Shown in pieces: positions 45,413 through 45,429 of a DNA stretch of 45,429 nt (the first letter of the stretch is position 1; each line of letters begins with the position of its first letter). This stretch comes from Mollicutes bacterium (lineage in GTDB: Bacteria; Bacillota_I; Bacilli_A; Izemoplasmatales; Izemoplasmataceae), in contig PUKL01000021.1 in NCBI GenBank assembly GCA_003552275.1, forward strand, positions 1 to 45,429, given 5' to 3'. The translations under genes were made by a program, and so were the position numbers. The notes beneath the pieces were generated by a model that made no database searches, was not told the DNA's origin, and saw only the letters and a program-made list of their open reading frames with translations.

Positions 45413-45429
45413 TACGTGGAGCGGATAAA

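Overview
GC-rich (about 55-60% by eye), very gene-dense chromosomal segment with Bacillota-type organisation: hpf-secA-prfB synteny, glgB-C-D-A-P order, a T-box leader, cre-like operators, sigma-A type promoters and standard code with TGA stops. I count 42 protein-coding genes, including two small ORFs below the track cutoff and one edge-truncated gene. All but one are on the minus strand. I saw no rRNA, tRNA, CRISPR array, transposase, integrase or phage gene. In transcription order (high to low coordinates):
(1) A glutamate-fermentation operon, glmS-glmL-glmE-mal (methylaspartate pathway), is translationally coupled to citD-citE-citF-citC-citXG. This lyase is probably a citramalate lyase rather than a citrate lyase. 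The operon sits behind a 200-nt leader with promoter, cre-like box, 30-codon ORF and terminator-like hairpin.
(2) Next come a PF06541-like membrane protein, a TIGR01212-type radical SAM gene (the only plus-strand gene) and a DUF1189-like membrane protein.
(3) A Leu (CUC) T-box leader precedes leuS.
(4) A branched-chain amino-acid oxidation module follows: leucine dehydrogenase, a P-loop NTPase, a four-subunit 2-oxoacid:ferredoxin oxidoreductase and butyrate kinase. It has no phosphotransacylase.
(5) A degenerate comFC remnant and hpf follow.
(6) A roughly 15-kb terminator-free array runs secA-prfB-yitT-ctpA-recX-glgB-glgC-glgD::glgA-glgP, followed by ahpC.
(7) pgm is translationally coupled to an atypical rnfC-D-G-E-A-(58-aa ORF)-B operon.
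(8) The 5' end of ppdK lies at the left edge.
The least conventional content is the Rnf cluster. RnfG has three repeated modules, RnfD carries a coiled-coil insertion, RnfE has a basic tail, RnfB lacks its ferredoxin domains, and an unlisted Cys-motif membrane peptide sits between rnfA and rnfB. Other notable points are the in-frame GlgD-GlgA fusion and the attenuator-like leader of the glutamate mutase operon. All calls rest on reading the translations and sequence motifs by eye. No database search was run.
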